The notes: generated from the sequence alone by a model not told the origin. 64,000 bases of DNA from an uncultured Corynebacterium sp. (GCF_946223165.1 NZ_CAMIBP010000004.1:15949-79948), one strand, 5' to 3'; numbered from the stretch's first letter, positions 8,717-20,107 are shown. Numbers and translations are program-made.

Positions 8717-10219
8717 ATGGACGCTGGCAGTCGGGATTGCGCAGTGGCAGCACCGCGTCGCGGAGTGCGGGGCGGTTGGATGGCTGAATGGCGAAGTGTC
8801 ACCGCGGCCATGCTTGTTGTCGGTCTGACCTCGGTCAGCGGCGCGTCGGCGAGCGCCCAGGAGGGGGATACCGTGACGGAGGTAGTGAGCCCAGAGCCCG
8901 GTACCCCGGAGTCTGGTTTCGAGCCTGACACTCCGGCCGCGGGTGCCGAGCATGACGGCGGTGCACAAGGAGAGGACACGCCGGGAGGCTGGGATCCAGT
9001 GGAATCGCTCCTACCGTGGAACGCGGAGGTCGATGTAGGGGATGACCCGGTAGCGGCATCGTCTGCTCCGGCCGCACCGGCTGCCCCGGAGTCGGGGGGA
9101 GCACCGGAGGGAGCTGCCTCTTCGACCGCTGCGCCAGCATCGTCAAGCCAGCCTGCCTCGAGCTCAAACTCACCTGCGCCGTCTTCCTCGACGTCGGCGA
9201 CTCCCGCGGACACGCCGTCGGCGACGGACTCTTCGGAGGCCTTCAATGCGGCTCTAGAGAGCTTGCCCACCTCGGGTGACATCGGCGAGCTCGTAGAGAA
9301 GATGGGCGTGCTGGCCACCCAGGTCTCCGCCAAGGGCGAGGAGGTTAAGCAGGCTGAAGAGGATCTTGGTCGACAGGCACAGGAGCTCAAGGCAGCAGAA
9401 AAGCGCGCGAGCGTCGCTCAGGCGAAGGCAAAGTCAGCGCAGAAGTCAGTCAAGGACCAGCAAGCCAAGATCGATGAGATTGCGGTATCGCGCTACCGCG
9501 GCCTGCACCTCGATCCGCTGACCACCACGCTTGCCTCGGGCAACCCGCAGGAGGCGGTCGATCGACTGGGATACATGGGTGCATTGTCGCGCGACGCGCG
9601 GCGCCAGCTGACCCAGCGCGCGCAGGCGTCCGATGACGCGACGGAGGCGCAGACCGCTGCCGATGCCGCCGTGCGCGAGGCCGCTGAGAAGAAGAAGGCG
9701 CTCGAGGACCACAAGGCGAAGCTGGTCAAGGAAAAGGATGAGCTCCAGCGCCAGCAGAGGGAGATCGAGGATCGTGTCGGCGCCCTCAATGAGGAGCAGC
9801 GTGCCGCCTGGCAGCGCCAGTTCGGCGCGTCGGCGCCCATCGATCAGAAGCTGCTCGACATGCTGGCCACGTCCGGCTCGGGCGGCGAGGCCGTGCGCGC
9901 AGCGCTCACCCGAATTGGTGCCCCGTACGTGTGGGGCGCGACGGGCCCGGATCAGTTCGACTGCTCGGGTCTGATGGTGTGGGCCTATCAACAGCAGGGC
10001 AAGACCATTCCGCGCACCTCTCAGGCCCAGCTCGCCGGCGGTACTCGCGTGCCCTTGGATCAGCTTAAGCCGGGCGATCTGGTGGGTTATTACCCAGGCG
10101 TGACTCACGTGGGTATGTACATCGGTAACGGCCAGGTCGTTCACGCTCCCACCTTTGGCGTGCCCGTCCAGGTCGTTCCCTTGAACGCTATGCCGGTCCA
10201 AGGCGCGGTGCGCTACTAG
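8717..10219 (+). CDS. RipA-like NlpC/P60 endopeptidase with N-terminal coiled-coil
   Basis: Strong RBS AAGGGGGA before the ATG. Signal peptide. Ala/Pro/Ser-rich linker. Long coiled-coil (KQAEEDLGRQAQELKAAEKR...). C-terminal NlpC/P60 domain (DCSGLMVWAY, THVGMY). Architecture of mycobacterial RipA. Confidence 0.85.
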   Translation: MDAGSRDCAVAAPRRGVRGGWMAEWRSVTAAMLVVGLTSVSGASASAQEGDTVTEVVSPEPGTPESGFEPDTPAAGAEHDGGAQGEDTPGGWDPVESLLPWNAEVDVGDDPVAASSAPAAPAAPESGGAPEGAASSTAAPASSSQPASSSNSPAPSSSTSATPADTPSATDSSEAFNAALESLPTSGDIGELVEKMGVLATQVSAKGEEVKQAEEDLGRQAQELKAAEKRASVAQAKAKSAQKSVKDQQAKIDEIAVSRYRGLHLDPLTTTLASGNPQEAVDRLGYMGALSRDARRQLTQRAQASDDATEAQTAADAAVREAAEKKKALEDHKAKLVKEKDELQRQQREIEDRVGALNEEQRAAWQRQFGASAPIDQKLLDMLATSGSGGEAVRAALTRIGAPYVWGATGPDQFDCSGLMVWAYQQQGKTIPRTSQAQLAGGTRVPLDQLKPGDLVGYYPGVTHVGMYIGNGQVVHAPTFGVPVQVVPLNAMPVQGAVRY

Positions 10220-10313
10220 CCGCTGCGGTGTAGCTTGTGTAGCCCGCGCAATCCGCGATGTCCGTGGGACGTGTTCGCTGTGACGCGTACGCCGGGCGTC
10301 TAGAGTGGTGCGC

Positions 10314-11456
10314 ATGCCCCGCGTTTTGCTCGTGACCAATGATTTCCCGCCCACTATCGGCGGGATCCAGTCGTACCTCCGTGACTTCGTCGCTACGCTG
10401 CCCGCGGAGGACGTTGTCGTTTTCGCCTCCACTCAGGATGCTCGCGCGGCCGCGGAGTACGACGCCGGCGTGGATTATGAGGTGGTGCGGTGGCCGCGCG
10501 CGATGATGCTTCCTACCCCGGCGACGCAGCGGCGCATGAAGGAACTAATCCGGGAACGCGACATTGACGTCGTGTGGTTCGGCGCCGCGGCGCCGCTTGC
10601 ACTTATGGGCGGGGCGGCGCGCCGCGCTGGGGCTCGGCTCATTATCGCCACGACCCACGGGCACGAGGTGGGGTGGTCCATGGTGCCGGGGGCGCGTCAG
10701 GCCCTGCGGGCCATCGGCACGTATGCCGATGTCGTTACCTATATCGCGAGCTACACGCTCCGCCGTCTCCAGCCTGCCTTTGGACCGGGGCCCCAGTGGA
10801 TCCATCTGCCCAGCGCGGTGGACCTCGAGGGTTTCGTCCCGGGCGGTGACGGGCGCGCGGCGAAGCAGCATTTCGGACTCGACCCTGACCGGCCCGCGGT
10901 CGTCTGCATCTCCCGCTACGTGCCGCGGAAAGGGCAGGACCAGCTCTTGCGCGCCATGCCCGAGGTGCGCCGGCGCCATCCCGGAGTTCAGTTGATGCTC
11001 GTCGGGCGCGGGCGGTACCGCGCGACGTTGGAGGAGCTCGCGCGAATGTATTGCCCGGATGCGGTGCTCTATGAGGCGAAGGATAACGCGGAGCTCAACC
11101 TCGCGCTCACCGCGGCGGATATCTTTGCCATGCCGGCGCGCACCCGCGGGGGAGGGCTCGATGTGGAGGGGCTGGGCATCGTCTACCTCGAGTCCCAGGC
11201 CGCAGGCGTCCCCGTGGTCGCAGGGGACTCGGGCGGGGCGCCGGAAACGGTGACTCCGGAGACCGGCATCGTCGTGCGTGGCTCCAGCGTCTCCGAGCTT
11301 GTCGATGCGCTCGATGCTCTCTTGAGTGATCCAGAGCGTCGGCGCCGCATGGGGGCCGCGGGGCGCCGCCACGTCGAGGAACGGTGGACGTGGGAGATTA
11401 TGGGCGCGCGCCTGCGCGATGTCGTGGCGCGCGGCAGTTCGACCCATGCTCCCTAG
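10314..11456 (+). CDS. pimB: GT4 family alpha-mannosyltransferase (PimB'/MgtA-like)
   Basis: N-terminus MPRVLLVTNDFPPTIGGIQSY closely matches M. tuberculosis Rv2188c. GT4 E-X7-E region. Conserved position after the NlpC/P60 genes. Confidence 0.8.
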   Translation: MPRVLLVTNDFPPTIGGIQSYLRDFVATLPAEDVVVFASTQDARAAAEYDAGVDYEVVRWPRAMMLPTPATQRRMKELIRERDIDVVWFGAAAPLALMGGAARRAGARLIIATTHGHEVGWSMVPGARQALRAIGTYADVVTYIASYTLRRLQPAFGPGPQWIHLPSAVDLEGFVPGGDGRAAKQHFGLDPDRPAVVCISRYVPRKGQDQLLRAMPEVRRRHPGVQLMLVGRGRYRATLEELARMYCPDAVLYEAKDNAELNLALTAADIFAMPARTRGGGLDVEGLGIVYLESQAAGVPVVAGDSGGAPETVTPETGIVVRGSSVSELVDALDALLSDPERRRRMGAAGRRHVEERWTWEIMGARLRDVVARGSSTHAP

Positions 11457-11474
11457 GGGTATATTCTGTTACGC

Positions 11475-12425
11475 ATGCCAAATCTCTCTTCTTCGCCGGG
11501 CCCACTTACCGTGGGCTTCGATATTGGCGGCACCAACCTGCGCGCTGGCGTCGTGACCGACGAGGGGGAGATTATCGACGTGCGCTCCGTGCCTACGCCG
11601 GATGACTCCGCCGCGTTGGAGTCCGCCGCAGTCGACATGATCGTGGACATTCGCGCCGAGCACGATATCGCCGCGGTTGGCCTGGCCATTGCCGGGTTCG
11701 TCGATCCGGAGCGCGAGTTCGTCCGCTTCGCCCCGCACCTCGCGTGGGTGGACGCCCCCGTGCGCGCGAAGCTGCAGGCGCACCTCGACATCCCGGTTGT
11801 CATTGAGCACGACGCCAATTCGGCGGCGTGGGGTGAGTGGCGTTTTGGTGCCGGCCGGGGTGCCAAGGATTGGGTGTTCTTTGCCGTGGGAACCGGCATC
11901 GGTGCCACGCTCATGACTGAGGACACTATCTACCGCGGTGCCTTCGGCACGGCCCCCGAGTTCGGCCACATCGTCGTTGTTCCGGGCGGGCGCGAGTGCT
12001 CCTGCGGCAAGCGGGGGTGCCTTGAGCGCTACGCCTCCGGCACCGCGCTGCCGGATACCTTCCGCGAGCTGCGCCCGCAGTTCCCCGGTTCTGTGCTGGG
12101 GGATAACGCGAATGGCGTCGAGATCGCGCAAGCCGCCCGTGAGGGCGACCCCCTGGGCGCGGCCGTCATGGATGACTTTGCACGGTGGCTGGGGCAGGGC
12201 CTATCCATTGTTGCCGATGTTCTCGACCCCGAGCTCATCGTGCTCGGCGGCGGCGTTGCTGGGGACGCGGATCTCTACTTGGAGACCGCAGCGACGACGA
12301 TGGCATCCTCCATCGTCGGTGCAGGCCACCGTCCGCTCGCCCGAGTGGCGACGGCCGAGCTCGGCTCCGCCGCGGGTATGATTGGCGTCGCGGACTTAGC
12401 GCGTCGCGCCGTGACCGGCGAGTAA
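11475..12425 (+). CDS. glk: ROK family glucokinase
   Basis: ROK signature (GFDIGGTNLR, CSCGKRGCLE Zn motif). 316 aa. Confidence 0.8.
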   Translation: MPNLSSSPGPLTVGFDIGGTNLRAGVVTDEGEIIDVRSVPTPDDSAALESAAVDMIVDIRAEHDIAAVGLAIAGFVDPEREFVRFAPHLAWVDAPVRAKLQAHLDIPVVIEHDANSAAWGEWRFGAGRGAKDWVFFAVGTGIGATLMTEDTIYRGAFGTAPEFGHIVVVPGGRECSCGKRGCLERYASGTALPDTFRELRPQFPGSVLGDNANGVEIAQAAREGDPLGAAVMDDFARWLGQGLSIVADVLDPELIVLGGGVAGDADLYLETAATTMASSIVGAGHRPLARVATAELGSAAGMIGVADLARRAVTGE

Positions 12426-12463
12426 TCGCAAATAAGAAAAGTGTGAATCAAGAGGATTGTTAC

Positions 12464-13201
12464 GTGAAGAACAAGTGGTACTGGACGTTTAAGAATATTC
12501 TTTTTGGTCCCGCCCTGCGCGTGTGGAACCGCCCTTGGTCGGAGAACATGGACCGCATCCCGGAGTCGGGGCCGGCGATTCTGGCCTCCAATCACCAATC
12601 GGTCATGGATTCCTTCTACTTCCCACTGTTGTGCCCGCGGCAGATATTCTTTGTGGCCAAGGAAGAGTACTTCACCACGCCGGGCTTTGTCGGCCGCATG
12701 CAGAACTGGTTCTTTAGCTCTGTGGGGCAGGTGCCCATTCGCCGCACCGGCGCTAACGCGGCGGACGACATGCTGGCGTCGGTCAAGCGCATCCTCGAGG
12801 CGGACGAGCTCTTCGGCATCTACCCGGAGGGGACTCGGTCGCCCGATGGCCGCGTGTACCGGGGCCGCACCGGCATGGCCCGCGTGGCCATGGAGACCGG
12901 TATCGACGTCATCCCGATCGCGATGATTGATTCCCGCAAAGCCAACCCGATCGGGACGTGGATTCCGCGCCCGGCCAAGGTGGGCGTGCGCGTGGGCGAA
13001 CCTATCGACCCGCACGCCTGGGCGGCCCAGCGGGGTCTTGATCCGAAGGAGCACGAGACCCGGCGCGCCTTCACTGATTTCTTCATGCATGAGCTCGCCG
13101 CATTGGTGGGCCAGCCCTACGTAGATGTCTATGCGTCCGACGTTAAGACTTCCCTGGCCAAGGGACTGGGATACCCGAAGGGGGCAGGGCCGAGCCAGTA
13201 G
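12464..13201 (+). CDS. plsC: 1-acyl-sn-glycerol-3-phosphate acyltransferase
   Basis: HX4D acyltransferase motif (NHQSVMD) and EGTRS box. GTG 12464 preceded by RBS AAGAGGA. The 12185 start in the ORF track overlaps glk. Confidence 0.8.
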   Translation: MKNKWYWTFKNILFGPALRVWNRPWSENMDRIPESGPAILASNHQSVMDSFYFPLLCPRQIFFVAKEEYFTTPGFVGRMQNWFFSSVGQVPIRRTGANAADDMLASVKRILEADELFGIYPEGTRSPDGRVYRGRTGMARVAMETGIDVIPIAMIDSRKANPIGTWIPRPAKVGVRVGEPIDPHAWAAQRGLDPKEHETRRAFTDFFMHELAALVGQPYVDVYASDVKTSLAKGLGYPKGAGPSQ

Positions 13202-13221
13202 GCTCCGGCAGGAAGATCTCA

Positions 13222-14427
13222 GTGAGTAGTCCTACGCAACGCCCTGTTTCACTGTCCGTCCCGACAGTGCCGGCCGTTTCCGTGGCCGGTTCGGTCGGCG
13301 CGCTTGGAGCTGCGCGCCCGCAGCGCCTCGCTTGGCCCGACGTCGCCCGCGGCATCTCCATCTTGGGGGTCGTCATGCTGCACGTCAGCTTGGCAGTGCC
13401 CGAGGGGCTGGTTACCTGGCTGGCCCGCCTCAACGCGATTATCGATCCCATGCGCCTGCCGCTGTTTTTCGTCGTGTCGGGGTACTTCTCCACGAAGGTC
13501 TTCCGCATGACGTTTGCCGAGCTAGCTGCGCGGCGCCTGTGGTTCTTCATCGTCCCCTACGTGATCTGGTCGGCCGTCGAGCTGTGGAGCAATAGCTACC
13601 TCTATCACAAGGTGTTTGGCGACCCGATTCGTACGGGACGCGAGGTTGCGGAGATCATCGCGCTCGGGCACTCCATGGGGTGGTTCCTCCATGCGCTGGT
13701 GCTCTACAACGTATTCCTGTGGTGTGTGCGCCGGCTCCCCGCCTGGGCGGCCATCAGCCTGAGCTTTCTTCCTTTGTTCTTCTTCGGATTCGAGGAAGCC
13801 TACTTCGCCATCGGCAAGGCGGGAATGTTCCTGCCCATCTTCGTGGCAGGCGCGTTCCTGCGCGATCACATCACCGACTTCGCCGCGGCCATCGATTCCG
13901 TGCGCCGCCCGACGATGTCGACGTTCTGGGTCTTCGCCGCAACCATCGGCGCCTACGTCGCGGGCCATTCCATCCGCAGCGCGTGGGACGGGCGCACCAC
14001 GCTCGATCCCGTGGTGCGCTGGGTCCTGCCGGGCGTGGACTTCATTGGTAGAAACGAGCTCCTGCTGTTCGTGCGCCTAGCGGAGCAGGCGTTGGAGCTG
14101 CCGCTGGCCATCGCCGCCGCAGTCCTCATCGCGCACATCCCGTACGTGAGCGGGGCACTGCGCTTTATCGGCTCGCACACCCTTCCCATTTACCTGGGCC
14201 ACCCCATTGCGCTTTCGTTGGGATTCGGCCTTGTGCAGGCGCACTTCAACTGGCCCATCAGTCTCCACGGCGAGTGGCCGCTGGCGAGCACCAACTTCTG
14301 GATGCTGGCCTGCTTCGGCTGGGCCGCCGTGGGTGCGCTCGCGCTCTGGGCGCTAGGCAAGGTCCCCGTGCTGGGCTGGACGGTCAAACCTCCGTCCATC
14401 GAACGCTTCCTCGTGCGGCGCCGGTAG
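13222..14427 (+). CDS. Acyltransferase-3 family integral membrane protein (Rv2181/Rv2180c-region homolog)
   Basis: About 10 TM segments. Acyltransferase_3-like N-terminus (WPDVARGISILGVVMLHV). Conserved position between plsC and the Rv2179c-like gene. Confidence 0.7.
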   Translation: MSSPTQRPVSLSVPTVPAVSVAGSVGALGAARPQRLAWPDVARGISILGVVMLHVSLAVPEGLVTWLARLNAIIDPMRLPLFFVVSGYFSTKVFRMTFAELAARRLWFFIVPYVIWSAVELWSNSYLYHKVFGDPIRTGREVAEIIALGHSMGWFLHALVLYNVFLWCVRRLPAWAAISLSFLPLFFFGFEEAYFAIGKAGMFLPIFVAGAFLRDHITDFAAAIDSVRRPTMSTFWVFAATIGAYVAGHSIRSAWDGRTTLDPVVRWVLPGVDFIGRNELLLFVRLAEQALELPLAIAAAVLIAHIPYVSGALRFIGSHTLPIYLGHPIALSLGFGLVQAHFNWPISLHGEWPLASTNFWMLACFGWAAVGALALWALGKVPVLGWTVKPPSIERFLVRRR

Positions 14428-14515
14428 CATCACGACAGGCGGCAGGAGCGCCAGCGGCGCCGGTAGCTGTGGGGCTGGCGTCGAGGCGCCGACGCCCGCG
14501 GGCTACAGTGGGGGA

Positions 14516-15028
14516 GTGCGCTACTTCTACGACACCGAATTTATCGAGGACGGCCAGACCATTGAGCTGGTGTCTATCGGCATCGTGGCCGAGGACGGCC
14601 GCGAGTATTACGCGGTGTCCACTGAGTTCGATGGCACCCGTGCGAACGCCTGGGTGCGCGACAATGTCTTGGACAAGTTGCCTAACCCGTCCGACCCGGT
14701 GTGGCGGTCCAAGGAGACCATCCGGCGGGAGATCTTCGAGTTTATGACCGTCGATTCCACCCCGATCCAGCTGTGGGCGTGGGTGGGCGCGTACGACCAC
14801 ATTGTGCTAGCCCAGCTGTGGGGCGACATGGCGGCGCTGCCCAAGGCGCTGCCGCGCTATACCCGCGAGCTCAAGCAGTACTGGGAGATGGCCGGCCGCC
14901 CGAGCCTGCCGCCCATTCCTGACGGAAACCATGACGCGCTCGTTGACGCGCGCCATAACGTGGCTAAGTTCCGGGTGTGCATGGAGGCTCTGCCGCTGAG
15001 TAAGGGCAACCGCGTCGTGGACGCTTAA
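14516..15028 (+). CDS. DEDDh 3'-5' exoribonuclease (Rv2179c-like, polyadenylate-specific)
   Basis: N-terminus (M)RYFYDTEFIEDGQTIELVSIGIVAEDGREYYAVSTEFD is nearly identical to M. tuberculosis Rv2179c. GTG start with RBS GTGGGGGAG. Confidence 0.75.
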   Translation: MRYFYDTEFIEDGQTIELVSIGIVAEDGREYYAVSTEFDGTRANAWVRDNVLDKLPNPSDPVWRSKETIRREIFEFMTVDSTPIQLWAWVGAYDHIVLAQLWGDMAALPKALPRYTRELKQYWEMAGRPSLPPIPDGNHDALVDARHNVAKFRVCMEALPLSKGNRVVDA

Positions 15029-15049
15029 CTAGCGGCTGATAGAATTTAG

Positions 15050-16477
<1,428 letters not shown>

Positions 16478-16495
16478 AACGCGCTTCCTTTCCGG

Positions 16496-18016
16496 TTAGG
16501 CCTGCCAGAGGGTGGGGAGGCCTTGGTAGTTTCCGGAGCCGAACCACCACGCGCCGACGCCCACGGCGATGGTGATGACGATGACGGCGAGGAGCCACAG
16601 GGAGAACCCGATGGGCGATCGGTTGCTCAGCAATCGCGGCATCGGCTCTTCTTCCGCGGTCGAGGGGACGGGCATGGGCTCCTGCGCGCCCGCCGCCGGA
16701 ACGACGGCGCCGCCCTGAGCGTGTCCGGCCGCCTCAGTCTGGGGGCCCGGGTAGCCCGGGTCGGGGAACGCGGCGCCGTAGCCGCGATATTCCGGGGCCG
16801 GTGCTGGCGCTGGGACGGGCCCGGCAGCCTCAGCGCGGGGCTGCGTCGGAAGATCGAGGCGCGTTTCGAAGCTGAGCTGTTCGCGGGGACGCGCGGACTG
16901 ACCCGCCTGGTTCCACTCGGCTAGGGTCTCCTCGGACGCAGCCTTGGGGGCCATGACTGTCGTGGGATCCTCTGGGGTGGGGTCGATAACCTCGGTGGCA
17001 TCGGCGGCATCGGCGGCGCCGGCGGCATCGGTGGCACCAGTGGGAATGGTGCGGGTGGGCTCGAAGACGTCGTCCTCGTCGGAATGGCCGCCCACTCCGT
17101 CGCTGCGCACACCGCTGAAGTCCGTCGGCTGCGCCGCGGTGCGCGCCGCGGCGGAGTTGCGGGGAACGGGCACGGTGAACGCGGGCAGCTCGAGCTCCGC
17201 CGCCACGTCATCCAGCGCGGCGAGGAACTCGGCGGCATCGGCAAAGCGCGCCTCTGGTTCCCGTGCCGTGGCGGAGGCGACGAGGGCATCGAAAAGCGGC
17301 GGCACCCCCAGGATTCGGGACGACGGTGCGGGGACGTCGCTGGTCAGGCGAGCCACGGCGTGGTCCAGCGGGGTGTCGCCCGTGAACGGAACCTCGCCGG
17401 TGAGCAGCTCGTAGAGGACAACGCCGGTCGAATAGACGTCGGCCGCGGGCGTGATGTCCTCACCCGTGACCTGCTCGGGGGAGAGGTAAGACACGGTACC
17501 GACGATCTGATCCGTTGTGGCCTGCCGAGAGGCGGCGCGGACGAGGCCGAAGTCGCCGAGCTTGACGCGGTGATCAGCGTTGATGAGGACGTTGTCCGGC
17601 TTGATGTCGCGGTGGACCAGCCCGCGGGAATGCACCGCGGACAACCCGGTGAGGACCGAACGCAGCACCGCCGTCGCGGCATGCGGCGGCATGGGGCCGC
17701 GCTCGGCCAGCAGCTCGCGGAGCGTTCCGCCGGTGATGAGTTCCATGACGAGGAAGATGGGATCCCCGGAGGCGGAGAAGTCGTGAATGGCCACGAGGTT
17801 GGGGTGAGACAGCTGCGCCATCGCCCGGGCCTCGCGTTTGAAGCGCTGGACGAAGACGGGGTCCTGGGCCAGGTGATCGTGCATCACCTTGGCCGCCACG
17901 GCGCGGCCCAGGCGCAGGTCCACGCAGCGGTACACCGTGGACATGCCGCCGCGCGCGATCGGGCGATCGATGCGGTAGCGGTCATCCAGGATGTCACCCA
18001 CGGCCAATGAATTCAT
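16496..18016 (-). CDS. pknL: Ser/Thr protein kinase, PknL-like, with C-terminal TM anchor
   Basis: Gly loop IARGGMSTVY, VAAK, HRDIKPDN, DFG, SPE. Pro/Ala-rich linker and C-terminal TM helix. Start set to ATG 18016 (MNSLAVGD). The upstream 104 codons in the ORF track are low-complexity shadow. Confidence 0.85.
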   Translation of the reverse strand: MNSLAVGDILDDRYRIDRPIARGGMSTVYRCVDLRLGRAVAAKVMHDHLAQDPVFVQRFKREARAMAQLSHPNLVAIHDFSASGDPIFLVMELITGGTLRELLAERGPMPPHAATAVLRSVLTGLSAVHSRGLVHRDIKPDNVLINADHRVKLGDFGLVRAASRQATTDQIVGTVSYLSPEQVTGEDITPAADVYSTGVVLYELLTGEVPFTGDTPLDHAVARLTSDVPAPSSRILGVPPLFDALVASATAREPEARFADAAEFLAALDDVAAELELPAFTVPVPRNSAAARTAAQPTDFSGVRSDGVGGHSDEDDVFEPTRTIPTGATDAAGAADAADATEVIDPTPEDPTTVMAPKAASEETLAEWNQAGQSARPREQLSFETRLDLPTQPRAEAAGPVPAPAPAPEYRGYGAAFPDPGYPGPQTEAAGHAQGGAVVPAAGAQEPMPVPSTAEEEPMPRLLSNRSPIGFSLWLLAVIVITIAVGVGAWWFGSGNYQGLPTLWQA

Positions 18017-18026
18017 GCGTTCTAGT

Positions 18027-18476
18027 ATGGCTGATCGCCGAAGAATTGAGCCAAACAACTCACGGCAGGTTAAAGTTGTCGCTGTGACTACACCAGATAA
18101 CGCCGCAGACAAGCCCACCGTCAACCTTGATGAACTACTCGCCAACGACGAGATGCTCACCCTGCCCGAGGTGGCGGAGAAGCTGGGCATCGTGGTCACA
18201 CGCGTGCATGACCTGCTGCGTTCGCGCAAGATTCTGGCGTGGCGTAACGCCGAGGGCGTGCGCCTTATCCCGGCGGCCTTTTTCAACGAGAAGGACAAGA
18301 TCTCCAAGCACGTCTCGGGCTGCCTCACCGTCTTGAGCGACGGTGGCTACAACGACGATGAGATCTTTGCGTACCTGTTCACCGAGGATGATTCCCTGCC
18401 GGGGCGCCCCATTGATGCCCTGCACGGCCACCTCGCGCGCGAGGTTATTCGCCGCGCGCAGTCGTCCGCGTTTTAA
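18027..18476 (+). CDS. Rv2175c-like DNA-binding protein (PknL substrate family)
   Basis: C-terminal half aligns with M. tuberculosis Rv2175c (LTVLSDGGYNDDEIFAYLFTEDDSLPGRPIDALHGHLAREVIRRAQ). Divergent from pknL as in mycobacteria. Start uncertain: 17991, 18015, 18027, or a downstream GTG. Confidence 0.6.
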   Translation: MADRRRIEPNNSRQVKVVAVTTPDNAADKPTVNLDELLANDEMLTLPEVAEKLGIVVTRVHDLLRSRKILAWRNAEGVRLIPAAFFNEKDKISKHVSGCLTVLSDGGYNDDEIFAYLFTEDDSLPGRPIDALHGHLAREVIRRAQSSAF

Positions 18477-18553
18477 ACGGGATTGATACCTGGGCTGATG
18501 CGGCCCAGCATGTCGCCGCCGGCACAGATCCGGCGGCTGTCCCAATTCTTTTC

Positions 18554-20107
18554 CTATTCTTTGGCCTCTGGAGCGGCGGACAGCCGTAGTGGCGTGGCTT
18601 TGGGAAGGGCTCCAAAGAGCCACTCAACGCAGGCCCATGCTCCGATGAACGCGGCGATGACCCACCACCAGTTGTAGAGCTGGTGATTGCCGTCGCCGGC
18701 GAAGGAGACGGCCACGATGAGTGAGGCGCCCGTGCCCAGCTTGAGCAGCCAGCGCGGCGGGGACGCGGTGCCGAGCAGGGAGATGACCGAAGCGTAGTAC
18801 CACGGCAGCGTCACCGAGTTGAATAGGAATGCCACTTGATAGGCGGCGACCATACCCATGATGGCGTGGCGGGTCCCGCCGCGGGAGAGCCACCACACGA
18901 TGACCAGGCCGACGAGCATGAGCCCCATGCCGATGGTGCGGAACACCGCAAGCACCGAGTTGTAGGCCAGGTCCGGGATGAAGATCTGTAGGACAGGCGT
19001 GACGATGTCTGTGGCGAGAGTTGGGCCAGCGAGCGGGTTAATGACCTTCGAGTTGCCGGTGATTTCGTGGAGCCAGCCCCAGGACGAGCCCGAAGCCAGG
19101 GTCACCGCGTAGATGACCGCGATGGTCTCGATGAAGATGAGGACGCCACCGGCGAGGAACATCCCGACCGTGCGAGCGCGAGCCGGGTGAGGTGAAGTAC
19201 GGCCCGCGAAACGGTGCACGAACAGCCACAGCACGAAGGGCATAGCAAAGAACGCTGTTACCTTGAGCGAGACCGCAAGGGCGATGAGAGCGACGCCCAG
19301 GACGAAGTCGAGGAGACTGCCGCGCAGTGCGGCGAGCACACCTAAGCTGACCAGGCCCACCATGACGGACTCGTTGTGCATGCCGCCGACGAGGTGGAGG
19401 ATCATGACGGGATTGGCCACGCCCAGCCAGAGAGCGAGGGCGGGGTTGCCGACCAAGCGGCGGGCGATGCGAGGGATCGACCACGCGATGGCGGCGAAGC
19501 CGAGGACGGAGACGATCTTGTAGGCGATGATGCCAAGCGCAACGTTGTCACCGACAAGCGAGGTGATGATGTCACCGGTCCACAGGTGCAGCGGGCCATA
19601 CGGGGTGGTGGTGTTGCGCCAGTCATGGGAGACCTCGAGGAGGTACGGGCCGGGATTAGCCGCGGCCCCTTGGGTGTAGGGATCGAAACCGTCGCGGACC
19701 ATGGCACCCTGCATGAGGTAGGAATACACGTCTCGGGAGGCCAGCGGGCCGGCGGCAAGCAGCGGGGCGATCCACACCCACAGTGCGCGGCGCATTCTGA
19801 CATAGGCATGCTCATCGCCCGACCGTGATGGTCCCAACAAGGTTGGTTCGATGACGGTCTTTCCCGCGATGACCCACGCTGCGACGAGGAGGAAGATACC
19901 GATCCAAAAAGCAAGGATGGACACGTTGCGGCCGTGGCCGAAGGCGACAAACTCTAATCCCAGGGCCTCAAGTGCGCCGCCGCGGTTGCGGGTGGCGCCG
20001 CCGCCGAATGACGCGAGTGCCAGGACCAGTGCCGCTATGGCACCCAGCGTTATGGGATTGGGCAGGCGGCGCCCCGGACGGTCGGGCGTCGCGTGGGGAT
20101 CAGTCAC
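18554..20107 (-). CDS. mptA: GT-C family alpha(1-6) mannopyranosyltransferase (MptA-like)
   Basis: About 12-TM polytopic protein. Position between the Rv2175c-like gene and idsA as Rv2174 in M. tuberculosis. GTG 20107 chosen because the longer ORF would overlap idsA. Confidence 0.7.
   Translation of the reverse strand: MTDPHATPDRPGRRLPNPITLGAIAALVLALASFGGGATRNRGGALEALGLEFVAFGHGRNVSILAFWIGIFLLVAAWVIAGKTVIEPTLLGPSRSGDEHAYVRMRRALWVWIAPLLAAGPLASRDVYSYLMQGAMVRDGFDPYTQGAAANPGPYLLEVSHDWRNTTTPYGPLHLWTGDIITSLVGDNVALGIIAYKIVSVLGFAAIAWSIPRIARRLVGNPALALWLGVANPVMILHLVGGMHNESVMVGLVSLGVLAALRGSLLDFVLGVALIALAVSLKVTAFFAMPFVLWLFVHRFAGRTSPHPARARTVGMFLAGGVLIFIETIAVIYAVTLASGSSWGWLHEITGNSKVINPLAGPTLATDIVTPVLQIFIPDLAYNSVLAVFRTIGMGLMLVGLVIVWWLSRGGTRHAIMGMVAAYQVAFLFNSVTLPWYYASVISLLGTASPPRWLLKLGTGASLIVAVSFAGDGNHQLYNWWWVIAAFIGAWACVEWLFGALPKATPLRLSAAPEAKE

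Noticed and set aside
12185-12463. Long 5' extension of the plsC ORF.
   Set aside because: It overlaps glk in another frame and translates to Arg/Cys-rich low-complexity sequence. A GTG with a good RBS is at 12464.
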